Made by a program: the position numbers and the translations under genes
Shown here: piece by piece, positions 25,043 to 34,854 of the stretch
Position numbering within the stretch: the first letter of the stretch is position 1
Layout of the letters: the number at the start of each line of letters is the position of its first letter
Assembly: GCA_038108555.1 (NCBI GenBank)
Contig: JAYNIA010000002.1
Coordinates: forward strand, 45,000 to 108,999
Length of the DNA stretch: 64,000 bases
Origin: Nitrospinota bacterium
Lineage (GTDB): Bacteria; Nitrospinota; Nitrospinia; Nitrospinales; VA-1
Direction of reading: 5' to 3'
Notes under the pieces: generated by a model
Seen by the model: only the letters and a program-made list of their open reading frames with translations
Database searches by the model: none
What the model was told of the DNA's origin: nothing

Positions 25043-26557
25043 ATGGAGACTGCAACGATTCCAGAGCCGATTTCACCGGTGAAAGAATTTCTCTCAAAAC
25101 CTCAAAAATTGCTGATAGACGGAAAACGCGTCGATGCTTCCAGCGGAGAAACCTTTGAAGTATTCGATCCTTCTAACAATTCGGTTTTGACGCGGGTCCC
25201 CAAAGGTGGAAAAGAAGATATTGATCTCGCGGTCAAGGCTGCCCGGAACGCTTTTGAAAATGGTCCCTGGAAAAAAATGACCGTATCTGAACGCGGCAAA
25301 TTGATATGGAAACTGGCCGATCTCATTGAGGCAAGAACGGAAGAGTTCGCACAACTTGAAACATTAGATAACGGCAAACCTCTGGTTATATCCCGTGCGG
25401 TTGATGTCGCCCTTGTCATTGACCATTTTCGTTATTACGCGGGAATGGCCACCAAAATACACGGGGAAACCATTGATATCAGCGTTCCATACGCACCGGA
25501 TGCCGAGTTTTTAGATTTTACCCGGCGGGAACCGATGGGTGTGGTCGGGCAAATCATTCCGTGGAATTTCCCCCTATTGATGGCCGCCTGGAAACTTGGA
25601 GTTGCATTGGCAGCAGGTAATTGTGTGGTCTTAAAACCTGCAGAGCAAACTCCCCTTTCTGCTCTTCACCTTGCAGGCCTTTTTTCCGAAGCCGGTTTTC
25701 CCGATGGTGTGGTTAACATCGTGAGCGGATATGGAGATGCAGGGGCCGCTTTGGCGGAACATATGGATGTGGACAAAGTCGCTTTCACGGGAAGCACCGA
25801 AGTGGGCCATGAAATTGTTAAAGCGTCTGCTGGAAATTTAAAACGGGTATCGCTGGAGCTGGGCGGAAAATCACCAAGCATTGTTTTTCCTGATGCCGAT
25901 CTCGAGGTTGCAGCCCAGGGAGTCGCGGGAGCAATTTTCTTCAATCAGGGCCAGGTCTGCACTGCGGGCTCACGGTTATTGATCCATAAAAATGTTTACG
26001 ATGAAGTACTGGGCCGAGTTGCAGATCAAGCGAAAAAAATCAAAGTGGGCCCAGGCATGTGTTCCGACACCAATATGGGCCCATTGGTTTCCCGTGAACA
26101 ACAGGAAAGGGTATTGAATTATATCCGCTCAGGGGAGCAAGACGGCGCAAGCACATTAACGGGTGGCAAGGCTCTTGGAGGAGAGTTGGAGTCGGGATGT
26201 TATGTAGAACCAACCGTGTTCGAAAATGTGAATTCGGATATGAAAATTGTGAGCGAAGAAATATTCGGACCCGTTGTTGCAGCCGCACCCTTTGAAGACA
26301 TAGACAGCGTTATTGCTCGGGGAAACGATACGGAATATGGACTTGCAGCCAGTGTGTGGACAAAGGATATCAACAAGGCACACAAGGTTGCGAAAGGACT
26401 TAAATCGGGAACGGTTTGGGTGAACTGCCATAACATCTTTGACGCTGCCGCACCTTTCGGGGGATATAAAAGAAGTGGGTTTGGCAGGGAAATGGGAATT
26501 CATGCCCTGGAAAACTATACCCAGGTCAAAAACGTTATAATCCAACTTCAGAGCTAA
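25043..26557 (+). CDS. NAD(P)-dependent aldehyde dehydrogenase
   Basis: 504 aa. FTGSTEVG, ELGGKSP, FFNQGQVCTAGSR (catalytic Cys), EEIFGPV, PFGGYKRSGFGRE. Confidence 0.95.
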   Translation: METATIPEPISPVKEFLSKPQKLLIDGKRVDASSGETFEVFDPSNNSVLTRVPKGGKEDIDLAVKAARNAFENGPWKKMTVSERGKLIWKLADLIEARTEEFAQLETLDNGKPLVISRAVDVALVIDHFRYYAGMATKIHGETIDISVPYAPDAEFLDFTRREPMGVVGQIIPWNFPLLMAAWKLGVALAAGNCVVLKPAEQTPLSALHLAGLFSEAGFPDGVVNIVSGYGDAGAALAEHMDVDKVAFTGSTEVGHEIVKASAGNLKRVSLELGGKSPSIVFPDADLEVAAQGVAGAIFFNQGQVCTAGSRLLIHKNVYDEVLGRVADQAKKIKVGPGMCSDTNMGPLVSREQQERVLNYIRSGEQDGASTLTGGKALGGELESGCYVEPTVFENVNSDMKIVSEEIFGPVVAAAPFEDIDSVIARGNDTEYGLAASVWTKDINKAHKVAKGLKSGTVWVNCHNIFDAAAPFGGYKRSGFGREMGIHALENYTQVKNVIIQLQS

Positions 26558-26579
26558 AACCAACTACTCTAAAAAAAGG

Positions 26580-27995
26580 TTAGCATGCACCCGTTAAGGG
26601 TAGGCGGATTTTGAATCGGGTTCCAACACCCAATTTACTTTCCACATCGATGGTCCCTTTATGGGCTTCTGCAATTTGTTTGCATATGCTCAAGCCCAAT
26701 CCGCTGCCACCCTCATCCTTGGAACGAGCTTTATCTACTCTGTAAAATCTGTTGAAGATAAAGGCCAGGTCTTCTTCAGGGATTCCTATACCCGTATCAA
26801 TAATGGTCATCAGGGCAAACTCTCCGTCTTTTTGCAGCGAGACTTTTAATTCTCCGCCCCGCTGGGTATATTTAATCCCGTTCTGCAAAATATTCCAAAT
26901 CATTTGCCGCAACCTGACAGCATCTCCCTTCACCTTAACTTCTTCCAGAAAAGCAATGACTATTTCGATGTTTTTTTCTTCCGCTAAAACCTCTGCATGT
27001 TTACAGACCTCTTCTACCAGCGGCTTTAATTCTATTTGTTTGCAATCGAGACTGATTTGATTCTCATCCGATTTAGAAAGCAAAAATAAATCTTCGAGGA
27101 CCTTCGACATATAATTGATCTCCTCAAGATTACTGGAAATGACTTCCTGATATTCTTCCGGACTCCTGGGCTTGCTTAGGATCAATTCATTCTGCCCCTT
27201 CAATACGGTCAGTGGCGTTCTAAGCTCATGGGAAGCATCACTGCTAAACTGGCGAACCTGTTTGAAAGAATTTTCCAGGCGATTCATCATTTCATTGAAA
27301 GTCAAAGCCAGTTGTCCCAACTCATCTTTTATTTTCAAAACAGGGATGCGCTTGCTTAACTCCTGTCCCTGTCCAATTTCCCTTGCGGTATCAATGATTC
27401 TTGAAATTGGTTTCAACGCCCGCCTAGCCATGAACCTTGCAAACAAAGCTGCAAAAATAAGGACGGAAGGAACAGCCGTAAACAGAAATATCCTCAAATT
27501 CCTCAATGTTTCCTTAACGGCTTCGAGAGAGGTGCCCACCTGTACCAGGTTGATCAGCTTATCCTCCAGTATCACAGGCATGGTAATTACCCGAATGGGA
27601 TGCTTTCCTCCCACAGTAAAGGTCTCATAACTGTTTTTCCCCTCCAGCGCATCGGAATAAGCCTGTTGGGATAATGGGAATTGAGAAGCCGTGATATTGC
27701 TGGAACGTGAACCAACGTTACCGGAACCATCATAAATCCGGTAAAACTTGTTCAAATTCCCTTCCTTTATGAATTGATCAAAAAACTGGTTCAACCCTTG
27801 AAATGGAGAGGTACTCACCCGCATCGCCGCCGAAGTGGCAACCACGGTAGCAGAAACAGTCAGTGAGTTATCGACACTTTCATATAATCGTTTGGAAAGA
27901 AAATAATTAAGAAGAATACTAAAAAGAATCAGGATGATTGCCAGGAGGATTACATACCAGGCAGTCAGTCGGGAGCGGATGGATTTGAATGCCAT
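26580..27995 (-). CDS. Sensor histidine kinase, heavy-metal (CusS/CopS-like) type
   Basis: Two TM helices flank a periplasmic domain of about 150 aa. HAMP, FSSDASHELRTPL (H-box), N/G1/G2 boxes (DTGIGIP, GGSGLGLSI). Confidence 0.88.
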   Translation of the reverse strand: MAFKSIRSRLTAWYVILLAIILILFSILLNYFLSKRLYESVDNSLTVSATVVATSAAMRVSTSPFQGLNQFFDQFIKEGNLNKFYRIYDGSGNVGSRSSNITASQFPLSQQAYSDALEGKNSYETFTVGGKHPIRVITMPVILEDKLINLVQVGTSLEAVKETLRNLRIFLFTAVPSVLIFAALFARFMARRALKPISRIIDTAREIGQGQELSKRIPVLKIKDELGQLALTFNEMMNRLENSFKQVRQFSSDASHELRTPLTVLKGQNELILSKPRSPEEYQEVISSNLEEINYMSKVLEDLFLLSKSDENQISLDCKQIELKPLVEEVCKHAEVLAEEKNIEIVIAFLEEVKVKGDAVRLRQMIWNILQNGIKYTQRGGELKVSLQKDGEFALMTIIDTGIGIPEEDLAFIFNRFYRVDKARSKDEGGSGLGLSICKQIAEAHKGTIDVESKLGVGTRFKIRLPLTGAC

Positions 27996-27997
27996 AA

Positions 27998-28666
27998 CTA
28001 CACTTTCATCACATATCCAACGCCCCGCAGGGTATGCAAAAGTTTCGTAGAAAAATTCTTATCTATTTTTTTCCGTAGGTGATTGACATAAACATCGATG
28101 ACATTTGTAAAGGTATCAAAGTTATAATCCCAGACATGCTCCGCAATCATTGTCCGGGTCAGCACCTTTTCCTGATTGCGCATGAAATATTCAAGCAGGC
28201 TATACTCTTTCCCGGTCAGTTCAATTTCTTCGTCCCCTCTTCTGACTTTATGGCTAACCAGGTTTAAGGTGAGGTCGGCTATTTCGAGGGTTGTTTTGGT
28301 CTCCGCTTTTCCCCTTCGCAACAGCACACGAATTCGCGCAAGAAGCTCGGAAAAAGCAAAGGGTTTGGTCAGGTAGTCATCTGCCCCCTGATTTAACCCC
28401 TCCACCTTATCCTCAACCGCGTCTTTAGCTGTTAGGAGTAAAATTGGAGTTTCAATTTTCTGTGATCGAAGGCGGGACAGAATATCCAATCCATTAATCT
28501 TAGGAAGCATTACGTCAAGAATGATCAAATCATATTGATTTTGCTCCCCCAGGTGAAGGCCTTCTTCGCCATCGGTCGCAATATCCACTGCATAGGTCTC
28601 TTCTTCCAACCCTTTTTTGATAAATGCTGCAACCTTTTTTTCGTCTTCAACAATCAAAATACGCAT
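27998..28666 (-). CDS. OmpR-family response regulator, heavy-metal (CusR/CopR-like) type
   Basis: MRILIVEDE, DLIILDVMLP, TKPF, winged-helix LTGKEYSLLEYF...VWDYNFDTFTNVIDVYVNHLRKKID...LRGVGYV. Confidence 0.9.
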   Translation of the reverse strand: MRILIVEDEKKVAAFIKKGLEEETYAVDIATDGEEGLHLGEQNQYDLIILDVMLPKINGLDILSRLRSQKIETPILLLTAKDAVEDKVEGLNQGADDYLTKPFAFSELLARIRVLLRRGKAETKTTLEIADLTLNLVSHKVRRGDEEIELTGKEYSLLEYFMRNQEKVLTRTMIAEHVWDYNFDTFTNVIDVYVNHLRKKIDKNFSTKLLHTLRGVGYVMKV

Positions 28667-28873
28667 TTATTCTTCCCATTTTTTCTGAACTTTGTGAAGC
28701 TCGATTTCTCCTTTGAGCATTTGAATATGTTTTTCACAATCCTTTTGAATTGCAGAATACATTGCGCGACAACTGTCATCATTTGCATCAATCATGGCCT
28801 GCTTGCAAACTTTGATGGCTTCCTGGGAAGCTTCCATCGCCTTTAATATATTGTCATTGAAATTTTTACTCAT
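28667..28873 (-). CDS. Small cytoplasmic helical protein with three Cys, translationally coupled to the response regulator
   Basis: 68 aa with no signal peptide; Cys at positions 23, 35 and 46. Its stop at 28667 abuts the regulator ATG at 28666. SD-like AGGATA upstream. I recognise no family. Confidence 0.5.
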   Translation of the reverse strand: MSKNFNDNILKAMEASQEAIKVCKQAMIDANDDSCRAMYSAIQKDCEKHIQMLKGEIELHKVQKKWEE

Positions 28874-28962
28874 TCTTATATCCTAAATACATTTACTAAG
28901 CATATTTTAGCATTAACCTCACGGCCCAAGGAATCCTATTTAATAAAACCATCACGTGGAGG

Positions 28963-29232
28963 TCAGTCATTTCTTTCTTCTAATTCCCTGCCAAACAAAT
29001 ACTTCACCAATATAATTCCCAGCACAGCTCCAAACAAGGGCAAGGCATCAATTAACCAGAGAATATATCTCCCAAAAAAACCCAGGTTTTTGCTAAGATA
29101 GGCAGCAAAATTAACCCCTGACTCGTGCAAAAAAACAAAAATAAGGTTTATGACAGCACCACAGACAAAACCAATAAAACATCCGAAACCATAATAAATA
29201 TACTTCATAACTTGTTGTTTTCGAGCCAGCAA
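28963..29232 (-). CDS. Small hypothetical membrane protein
   Basis: 89-aa ORF with 2-3 hydrophobic helices. No recognisable family; coding status uncertain. Confidence 0.4.
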   Translation of the reverse strand: MLARKQQVMKYIYYGFGCFIGFVCGAVINLIFVFLHESGVNFAAYLSKNLGFFGRYILWLIDALPLFGAVLGIILVKYLFGRELEERND

Positions 29233-29338
29233 ACCTTTTTTTCAGGGAATATCATATATAAACAGAGGAAACCTACAAGTCTCATCAGGGCGATGGGGTT
29301 ATTATACATTTTGTTCAACCTATTTTAAAACTTGAAGC

Positions 29339-30079
29339 ATGAGATTAAAAGATAAAACCGCGATCATTACAGGAGGCGGAACAGGAATCGGACGCGCCAC
29401 AGCCACTGCATTTTGTAGAGAAGGGGCAAAGGTAATCCTATTTGGCCGAAGAAAAGAAAAACTCGAAAAGACCGCAGAAGAGTTAGGCAACTCTGCTTTC
29501 GTGGTCCAGGGTGATATGACAAATAATGATGATCTGGATCAGCTTATTAACCAAACTCTGCAAAATTTTAAAGGAATCGACATCCTGGTGAATAATGCAG
29601 GTCTGTTTAACGGAGCTCCTTTACACGAAATAACAGATTCTCAATGGGATGAAATGATGGATATTAATATTCGGTCCGTCTTCCAGCTCACACGAAGAGT
29701 TTTGCCGGTTATGCTGGCCCAAAAAAGTGGCAGCATCATCCATATCAGCTCTATTCTAGGTCTTATCGCAGTACCTCAAGTGGCAGCCTATAATGTTTCA
29801 AAGGGTGCCCTTAACCAGTTTAGCCGTTCAATTGCAGTCGAGTATGGACCTTCAGGAATTCGTTCTAATTCCATTTGTCCGGGACTGATTGAAACCGATA
29901 TGACCGCCGATTTGATGAAAGATGAAGACTTGATGAAAGAATGGAGTAAAGACTATCCTATTGGACGGTTTGGCAAACCGGAAGATGTTGCCAGCGCCTG
30001 CCTGTATTTAGCAAGTGATGAATCATCCTTTGTAACTGGAACCGTACTCCCTGTCGATGGAGGATTTACAGCCCATTGA
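29339..30079 (+). CDS. SDR-family oxidoreductase (FabG-like)
   Basis: TGGGTGIGRA, NNAG, catalytic S...YNVSK, PGLIETDM. Confidence 0.9.
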   Translation: MRLKDKTAIITGGGTGIGRATATAFCREGAKVILFGRRKEKLEKTAEELGNSAFVVQGDMTNNDDLDQLINQTLQNFKGIDILVNNAGLFNGAPLHEITDSQWDEMMDINIRSVFQLTRRVLPVMLAQKSGSIIHISSILGLIAVPQVAAYNVSKGALNQFSRSIAVEYGPSGIRSNSICPGLIETDMTADLMKDEDLMKEWSKDYPIGRFGKPEDVASACLYLASDESSFVTGTVLPVDGGFTAH

Positions 30080-30162
30080 ACAAGGGTTGACGCACACCCC
30101 GGCGGGTGATAAAAATCAAGATCACATCAAAAAACAGATTCCCCGGTTTTGAAAGTGCAACT

Positions 30163-31605
30163 ATGAAATATGAAACGGTAATTGGACTGGAAGTTCATGT
30201 CCAAATAAACACAAAAACCAAAATTTTCTGCCCCTGCTCCACGGAGTTTGGCAAACCACCCAACGCCAATACATGCCCCATTTGTCTGGGCATGCCCGGG
30301 GTACTACCGGTATTGAACAAACAATTTTTGGAATCAGCAATGAAAGCCTGTCTGGCAACGCATTGCACCATTGCTCCCATGAATCGCTTTGCCAGAAAAA
30401 ATTATTTCTACCCCGATCTTCCCAAGGGTTATCAAATATCCCAATTTGAGGAACCTTTGGGGGTAAACGGGCATATCAATATAAATATAAACGGAACAAA
30501 AAAACGGATTGGACTGACCCGCATCCATATGGAAGAAGATGCCGGCAAGCTAATTCACGGGGAAAACCTTGGGAGCCCGGGAAAAAGTTATGTGGACTTC
30601 AATCGCACGGGCGTCCCTCTTTGCGAAGTGGTTAGCGAACCCGACTTGCGATCACCAGAAGAAGCAAGAGCCTACCTGGGAGAACTGAAATCCATCCTTC
30701 AATACGCAGAAGTAAGTGATTGCAATATGGAAGAAGGAAGTTTGCGCTGTGATGCCAACATTTCTCTCCGACCAGAGGGACAAAAAGAATTTGGAACCCG
30801 GACGGAACTGAAAAACCTTAATTCCTTCAAGTTTGTCCAGAAAGCCATCGAATTCGAAGTTGCCCGGCAAACACAGGTGCTGGAGCAAGGAGACCAGGTC
30901 ATTCAGGAAACTCGATTGTACGATTCGGACAAGGGGGAAACCTTTTCCATGAGAAGCAAAGAAGAAGCACACGATTACCGTTATTTCCCTGATCCCGATC
31001 TGGTACCGGTGGTCGTCGATGAAGCCTGGGTTGACAAGATCAAAAAAACCCTACCCGAATTGCCAGAACAAAAACGGGAAAGATTTGTAACCGAACATAA
31101 CCTTCCAGAGTACGATGCTGGTGTTCTAACCTCATCCAAGGACCTGGCGAATTATTTCGAAAAATGTACTTCCCTGCTCTCGAAACCCAAAATTATCAGC
31201 AACTGGATCATGGGGGACTTGTTGCGGGAGCTGAACAAAAGCAACCTGGAAATTCAGGAATGCCCGGTTTCTCCGGAAACCCTGGTGAGCCTGCTCAAAA
31301 TGATTGACGAAGGAATCATCAGTGGCAATATTGCCAAAATGGTATTCGAAGAAATGTATCAAACTGGAAAAGAACCGACAGCTATAGTAGAAGAAAAAGG
31401 GTTAAAACAAATTACCGATGACAAAGCTATCGACGAGATGGTAGAAACAGTCCTCCAGGCAAACCAAAGTCAGGTTGAAGAGTATAAAGGAGGTAAGGAA
31501 AAGGTACTCGGATTTCTTGTGGGGCAGGTAATGAAATTAAGCAAAGGGAAAGCCAACCCCGGGGCGGTAAATAAACTTATTAAAGAAAAAATATCTAAAA
31601 TGTAA
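30163..31605 (+). CDS. gatB: Asp-tRNA(Asn)/Glu-tRNA(Gln) amidotransferase subunit B
   Basis: [23 protein letters not shown]...[16 protein letters not shown]-type motif, C-terminal GatB/YqeY domain. The GTG-extended ORF start at 30106 is unlikely. Confidence 0.95.
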   Translation: MKYETVIGLEVHVQINTKTKIFCPCSTEFGKPPNANTCPICLGMPGVLPVLNKQFLESAMKACLATHCTIAPMNRFARKNYFYPDLPKGYQISQFEEPLGVNGHINININGTKKRIGLTRIHMEEDAGKLIHGENLGSPGKSYVDFNRTGVPLCEVVSEPDLRSPEEARAYLGELKSILQYAEVSDCNMEEGSLRCDANISLRPEGQKEFGTRTELKNLNSFKFVQKAIEFEVARQTQVLEQGDQVIQETRLYDSDKGETFSMRSKEEAHDYRYFPDPDLVPVVVDEAWVDKIKKTLPELPEQKRERFVTEHNLPEYDAGVLTSSKDLANYFEKCTSLLSKPKIISNWIMGDLLRELNKSNLEIQECPVSPETLVSLLKMIDEGIISGNIAKMVFEEMYQTGKEPTAIVEEKGLKQITDDKAIDEMVETVLQANQSQVEEYKGGKEKVLGFLVGQVMKLSKGKANPGAVNKLIKEKISKM

Positions 31606-31609
31606 GTTG

Positions 31610-32152
31610 ATGAACATTTTCACAAAAAAGTTAGAAACCCTGGCGGTTAGCCTCACGGTTTTCATCATTTTAGGATCATTAACAATTGCTAAAGTCAACG
31701 CCGAACCCACATCACCCCAATCTCAAAGATTCATTGATAATAAGGACGGCACCATCTCAGACTCGAAAACAGGTCTGATGTGGATGAAAAATGACTCTTA
31801 TTTACATTCAGGTCACTGGTTGAACTGGTATGAAGCTAAAGCATATATAGGTTTGTTGAATGAAAAGGGATTTGCACAGTATAGCGATTGGAAATTTCCT
31901 ACAACCCGTCAGCTCAAAACTCTTTTTGATTCAAATAAAATAAATAGCTCGCAAGTAGGTCGCGAAATGAAGATTCATACCGACCCTGTATTCGGAAAAA
32001 ATGGCAGTGGTTCATTGTGGTCCGCCGATGAAAATGGCAGGCATAATGCCTTCGGAGTCGTATTCAACACCGGTGATGTTTTTAGTGGAAATAAAAAGTC
32101 CCGCTCCAGAAAAGCAACGCGGGCTGTCAGGGAAGATTTTACTAATCATTAA
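31610..32152 (+). CDS. DUF1566 (Lcl C-terminal-like) domain secreted protein
   Basis: Signal peptide; FIDNKDGTISDSKTGLMWMKNDS...WYEAKAYI...YSDWKFPTTRQLKTLF is the DUF1566 signature as I recall it. It starts 4 nt after the gatB stop. Confidence 0.72.
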   Translation: MNIFTKKLETLAVSLTVFIILGSLTIAKVNAEPTSPQSQRFIDNKDGTISDSKTGLMWMKNDSYLHSGHWLNWYEAKAYIGLLNEKGFAQYSDWKFPTTRQLKTLFDSNKINSSQVGREMKIHTDPVFGKNGSGSLWSADENGRHNAFGVVFNTGDVFSGNKKSRSRKATRAVREDFTNH

Positions 32153-32178
32153 TAATTTATCAGGGTAGCAAAACGAAA

Positions 32179-33792
32179 ATGGCACATCTTGTTTTTATCT
32201 TTTCCTTATTAGTACTAAATATTTTCTTCACCAATCCTGCCTGGGCAACTTACCCCAGCCCAGACATTGCCCACTGGGAGCTTTCTGTTTCAGACGAAAG
32301 AAATGATCCTGACTACAAGGAAATTGAAAACCTCGTAAAAGAAAAGAAATTAGATGAAGCCTTATCTGCACTGGACAAAAAGATCAAAGATCTTCCAAAA
32401 GAAGCCACACCCGTCATCCTGAAAGCATTGGTGCAACTGGAAAAAGGCATGCCCAAGGAATCGCTGGATACTTTATTGATGGGATTTAAAATGGAACGTC
32501 AGCATCCGGCGCTACACTTTGCCTTTTGCCAGATTCACAGAAAACTGGGCAATGGAAAAACCTCGAACCGGGCCTGCATCATTGCTTCACAGCAACATCA
32601 CAAAAACCCGTTGGCACATCATGAATACGCCCTGACTTTAATAGCCATGGGGGATTCAAAGAGTGCCCTTAAAGAACTATCTTTGGCTGAGCAACTCGAT
32701 CCGAAAAACCCTACATACCCCTATGAAAGGGGAATGATCTTTATTTACCTGAATAAGAACAAGGAAGCAGAGGAAGCTTTTAAGAAATCATTCTCCCTTG
32801 ATGAGAAAAATATTGAAGCGGCTTATCAACTCGCTTATCTATATGCCACTCAAAATAAAAAGGAACTTTCCAACACCTACATAAATAAAATTCTGGATAT
32901 GAGGATGAACCACCCGAAAACAAACTCTGTTAAATTGTTAAGGGAAATAGTAAACACGAACTCAACGCAAAAATTACCTAAAAAAGTAAACACTTCTCAA
33001 TATCATTTGAGCCGATCAAAATCACTTTACAAAGAGAAAAAATACGGCCTGGCCCTTATCGAAATTGAAACAGCAGCCAGATTTGCTTCTGAAGATTTAA
33101 AAACCCAGGAAATTCTAGTGGGCATGTACAGTTTGTTTCTCAGGTTGGACAAGGCCGAAGAAGCCGTATCCCGGTTTATTGAAACGGCTAAAGATGACAA
33201 ATTAAAAAGTCGAGGCTATCAGGAGTGGGGGGACATTGCCATTCTTCGGGGCAAGCTGAAAGAAGCCAAAGAATATTTTGAAACAGCTAAAAATCTGGGC
33301 GACCCACAGGACATTGCAAAATTAACCCTGGCTGAGTTTCCCGATCTGGACACTCCGATAAAAGAAGTACCTTTAAACCCCAATGAAATATTCATTAATC
33401 CCGTAAACTCCCTGAAACGGAAAGGTGAGATTTTTGCACATTTCGGGATGTACCAACGAGCCCTGGGGATCCATTCAATGATCCTCCGCATGGAACCTAC
33501 CCACTTGGAAACTCTTTTGAATATGGCTACCGTTAATTTTAAATTAGAAAAATACAACCGTGCCATTTCCATTCTGGAGCGGCTACTGGTTATCCACCCC
33601 AATCACGAAAACATTCTCGCCCATCGTTTACTTCTGGCACGATCCTATGTAAAGAAAGGGGATCTTGGAAGCGGACTCAAAAACGTTGACATGGCAATCA
33701 AACTCAACCCAAGTTCAAAACAGGTGATTGCCGCAGATCCTGTATTCGAAAAGTTACGCGGCCTCGAAGGCTTCCAGAAACTGATGAATTGA
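32179..33792 (+). CDS. Tetratricopeptide-repeat protein, secreted
   Basis: Signal peptide followed by multiple TPR-like helical repeats (e.g. AYQLAYLYATQNKKELSNTYINKIL). Confidence 0.75.
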   Translation: MAHLVFIFSLLVLNIFFTNPAWATYPSPDIAHWELSVSDERNDPDYKEIENLVKEKKLDEALSALDKKIKDLPKEATPVILKALVQLEKGMPKESLDTLLMGFKMERQHPALHFAFCQIHRKLGNGKTSNRACIIASQQHHKNPLAHHEYALTLIAMGDSKSALKELSLAEQLDPKNPTYPYERGMIFIYLNKNKEAEEAFKKSFSLDEKNIEAAYQLAYLYATQNKKELSNTYINKILDMRMNHPKTNSVKLLREIVNTNSTQKLPKKVNTSQYHLSRSKSLYKEKKYGLALIEIETAARFASEDLKTQEILVGMYSLFLRLDKAEEAVSRFIETAKDDKLKSRGYQEWGDIAILRGKLKEAKEYFETAKNLGDPQDIAKLTLAEFPDLDTPIKEVPLNPNEIFINPVNSLKRKGEIFAHFGMYQRALGIHSMILRMEPTHLETLLNMATVNFKLEKYNRAISILERLLVIHPNHENILAHRLLLARSYVKKGDLGSGLKNVDMAIKLNPSSKQVIAADPVFEKLRGLEGFQKLMN

Positions 33793-33865
33793 TCTTTTCA
33801 GGATTTAAAGCCCATCATATTTTTTACCTAAGAGTATTCCGGGACCTCATTCAACAAAACTTAGA

Positions 33866-33894
33866 TTGACATTGTTCATGGTGTCCTGTCTAAT
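33866..33894 (+). promoter_or_regulatory. Candidate sigma70-type promoter for the 33935 gene
   Basis: TTGACA (33866-33871), 17 nt, TCTAAT (33889-33894). SD AAGGCGG lies before ATG at 33935. Confidence 0.4.
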
Positions 33895-33934
33895 AAAAAT
33901 CCCTATTACTAGCCCTCAATTAAGGCGGTGAAAT

Positions 33935-34375
33935 ATGAGCAGTTCAAGGTCGATTTTAAAAATAAAAATCCTTTGCTTCAATCTTTTCGCATTTCTTCTA
34001 ATCCCGGGGAAAACCATCTTTGCTGCGGATATTTGCAAACAAGGCCTGAAAGAATTACGGGGCAGTCAAGGTGTGATTCAAGACAAAGGAGGAATCTGGG
34101 GTTATCTGGAACAATCCAAAAATCTACGATCTGAATCCTTATTGGGCCTGCAAATTGACGGGAAACTTCAACGTCTCATTTCCATCTTTGAAAACTTATG
34201 CAGCGAAGGTAAAATCCCAACCGCAAAGCTTCATTCTGAAATCCTGGGGCTATTGGGAGATGCGAGAATGATTTTCAATCGACTCGGAGATAGAAGAAAA
34301 AAAGAACAGTTGATGAAAACTCTCAACGAACTTAATACAAAAATCACAACACTTTTAGAAAAATTACCGAGTTAA
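33935..34375 (+). CDS. Hypothetical secreted helical protein
   Basis: Signal peptide ILCFNLFAFLLIPGKTIFA; the rest is predicted helical. No family recognised. The overlapping 33928 ORF is in another frame and lacks these features. Confidence 0.5.
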   Translation: MSSSRSILKIKILCFNLFAFLLIPGKTIFAADICKQGLKELRGSQGVIQDKGGIWGYLEQSKNLRSESLLGLQIDGKLQRLISIFENLCSEGKIPTAKLHSEILGLLGDARMIFNRLGDRRKKEQLMKTLNELNTKITTLLEKLPS

Positions 34376-34383
34376 CAAATAAA

Positions 34384-34854
34384 ATGGCCACCAAAGAAAT
34401 AAAAGAAGGAAATAAAGCGCCCGACTTTACAGCATTGGACCAGAACGGGAAAAAAGTCAAACTAAGTTCTTTTAAGGGAAAGAAAAACGTTGTCCTCTAT
34501 TTTTACCCAAAGGACATGACACCCGGCTGCACGACGCAGGCCTGCGATTTTCGGGATGAGCATAAAAAGTTCAAAAACACCGTCATATTGGGAGTCAGCA
34601 TTGATTCCCAGGAAAGACATCAAAAGTTTATTGAAAAATACGACCTGCCCTTCACCCTTCTTGCCGACAGCGATAAAAAGTTGGTCCAAAAATATGGTGT
34701 ATGGCAGGAAAAAAAACTATACGGCAAGACTTTTATGGGAATCGTCCGAACCACCTTTCTAATCGACAAAAGCGGAACTGTCAGGAAAATTTTCCCCAAG
34801 GTAAAATTAAAAACCCATATTGAGGAAGTTCTTGCTGAGTTGAAAGAAATCTAA
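34384..34854 (+). CDS. bcp: Thioredoxin-dependent thiol peroxidase (Bcp-type peroxiredoxin)
   Basis: VVLYFYPKDMTPGCTTQACDFRD is the canonical PxxxTxxC peroxidatic site plus the resolving Cys. Confidence 0.9.
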   Translation: MATKEIKEGNKAPDFTALDQNGKKVKLSSFKGKKNVVLYFYPKDMTPGCTTQACDFRDEHKKFKNTVILGVSIDSQERHQKFIEKYDLPFTLLADSDKKLVQKYGVWQEKKLYGKTFMGIVRTTFLIDKSGTVRKIFPKVKLKTHIEEVLAELKEI

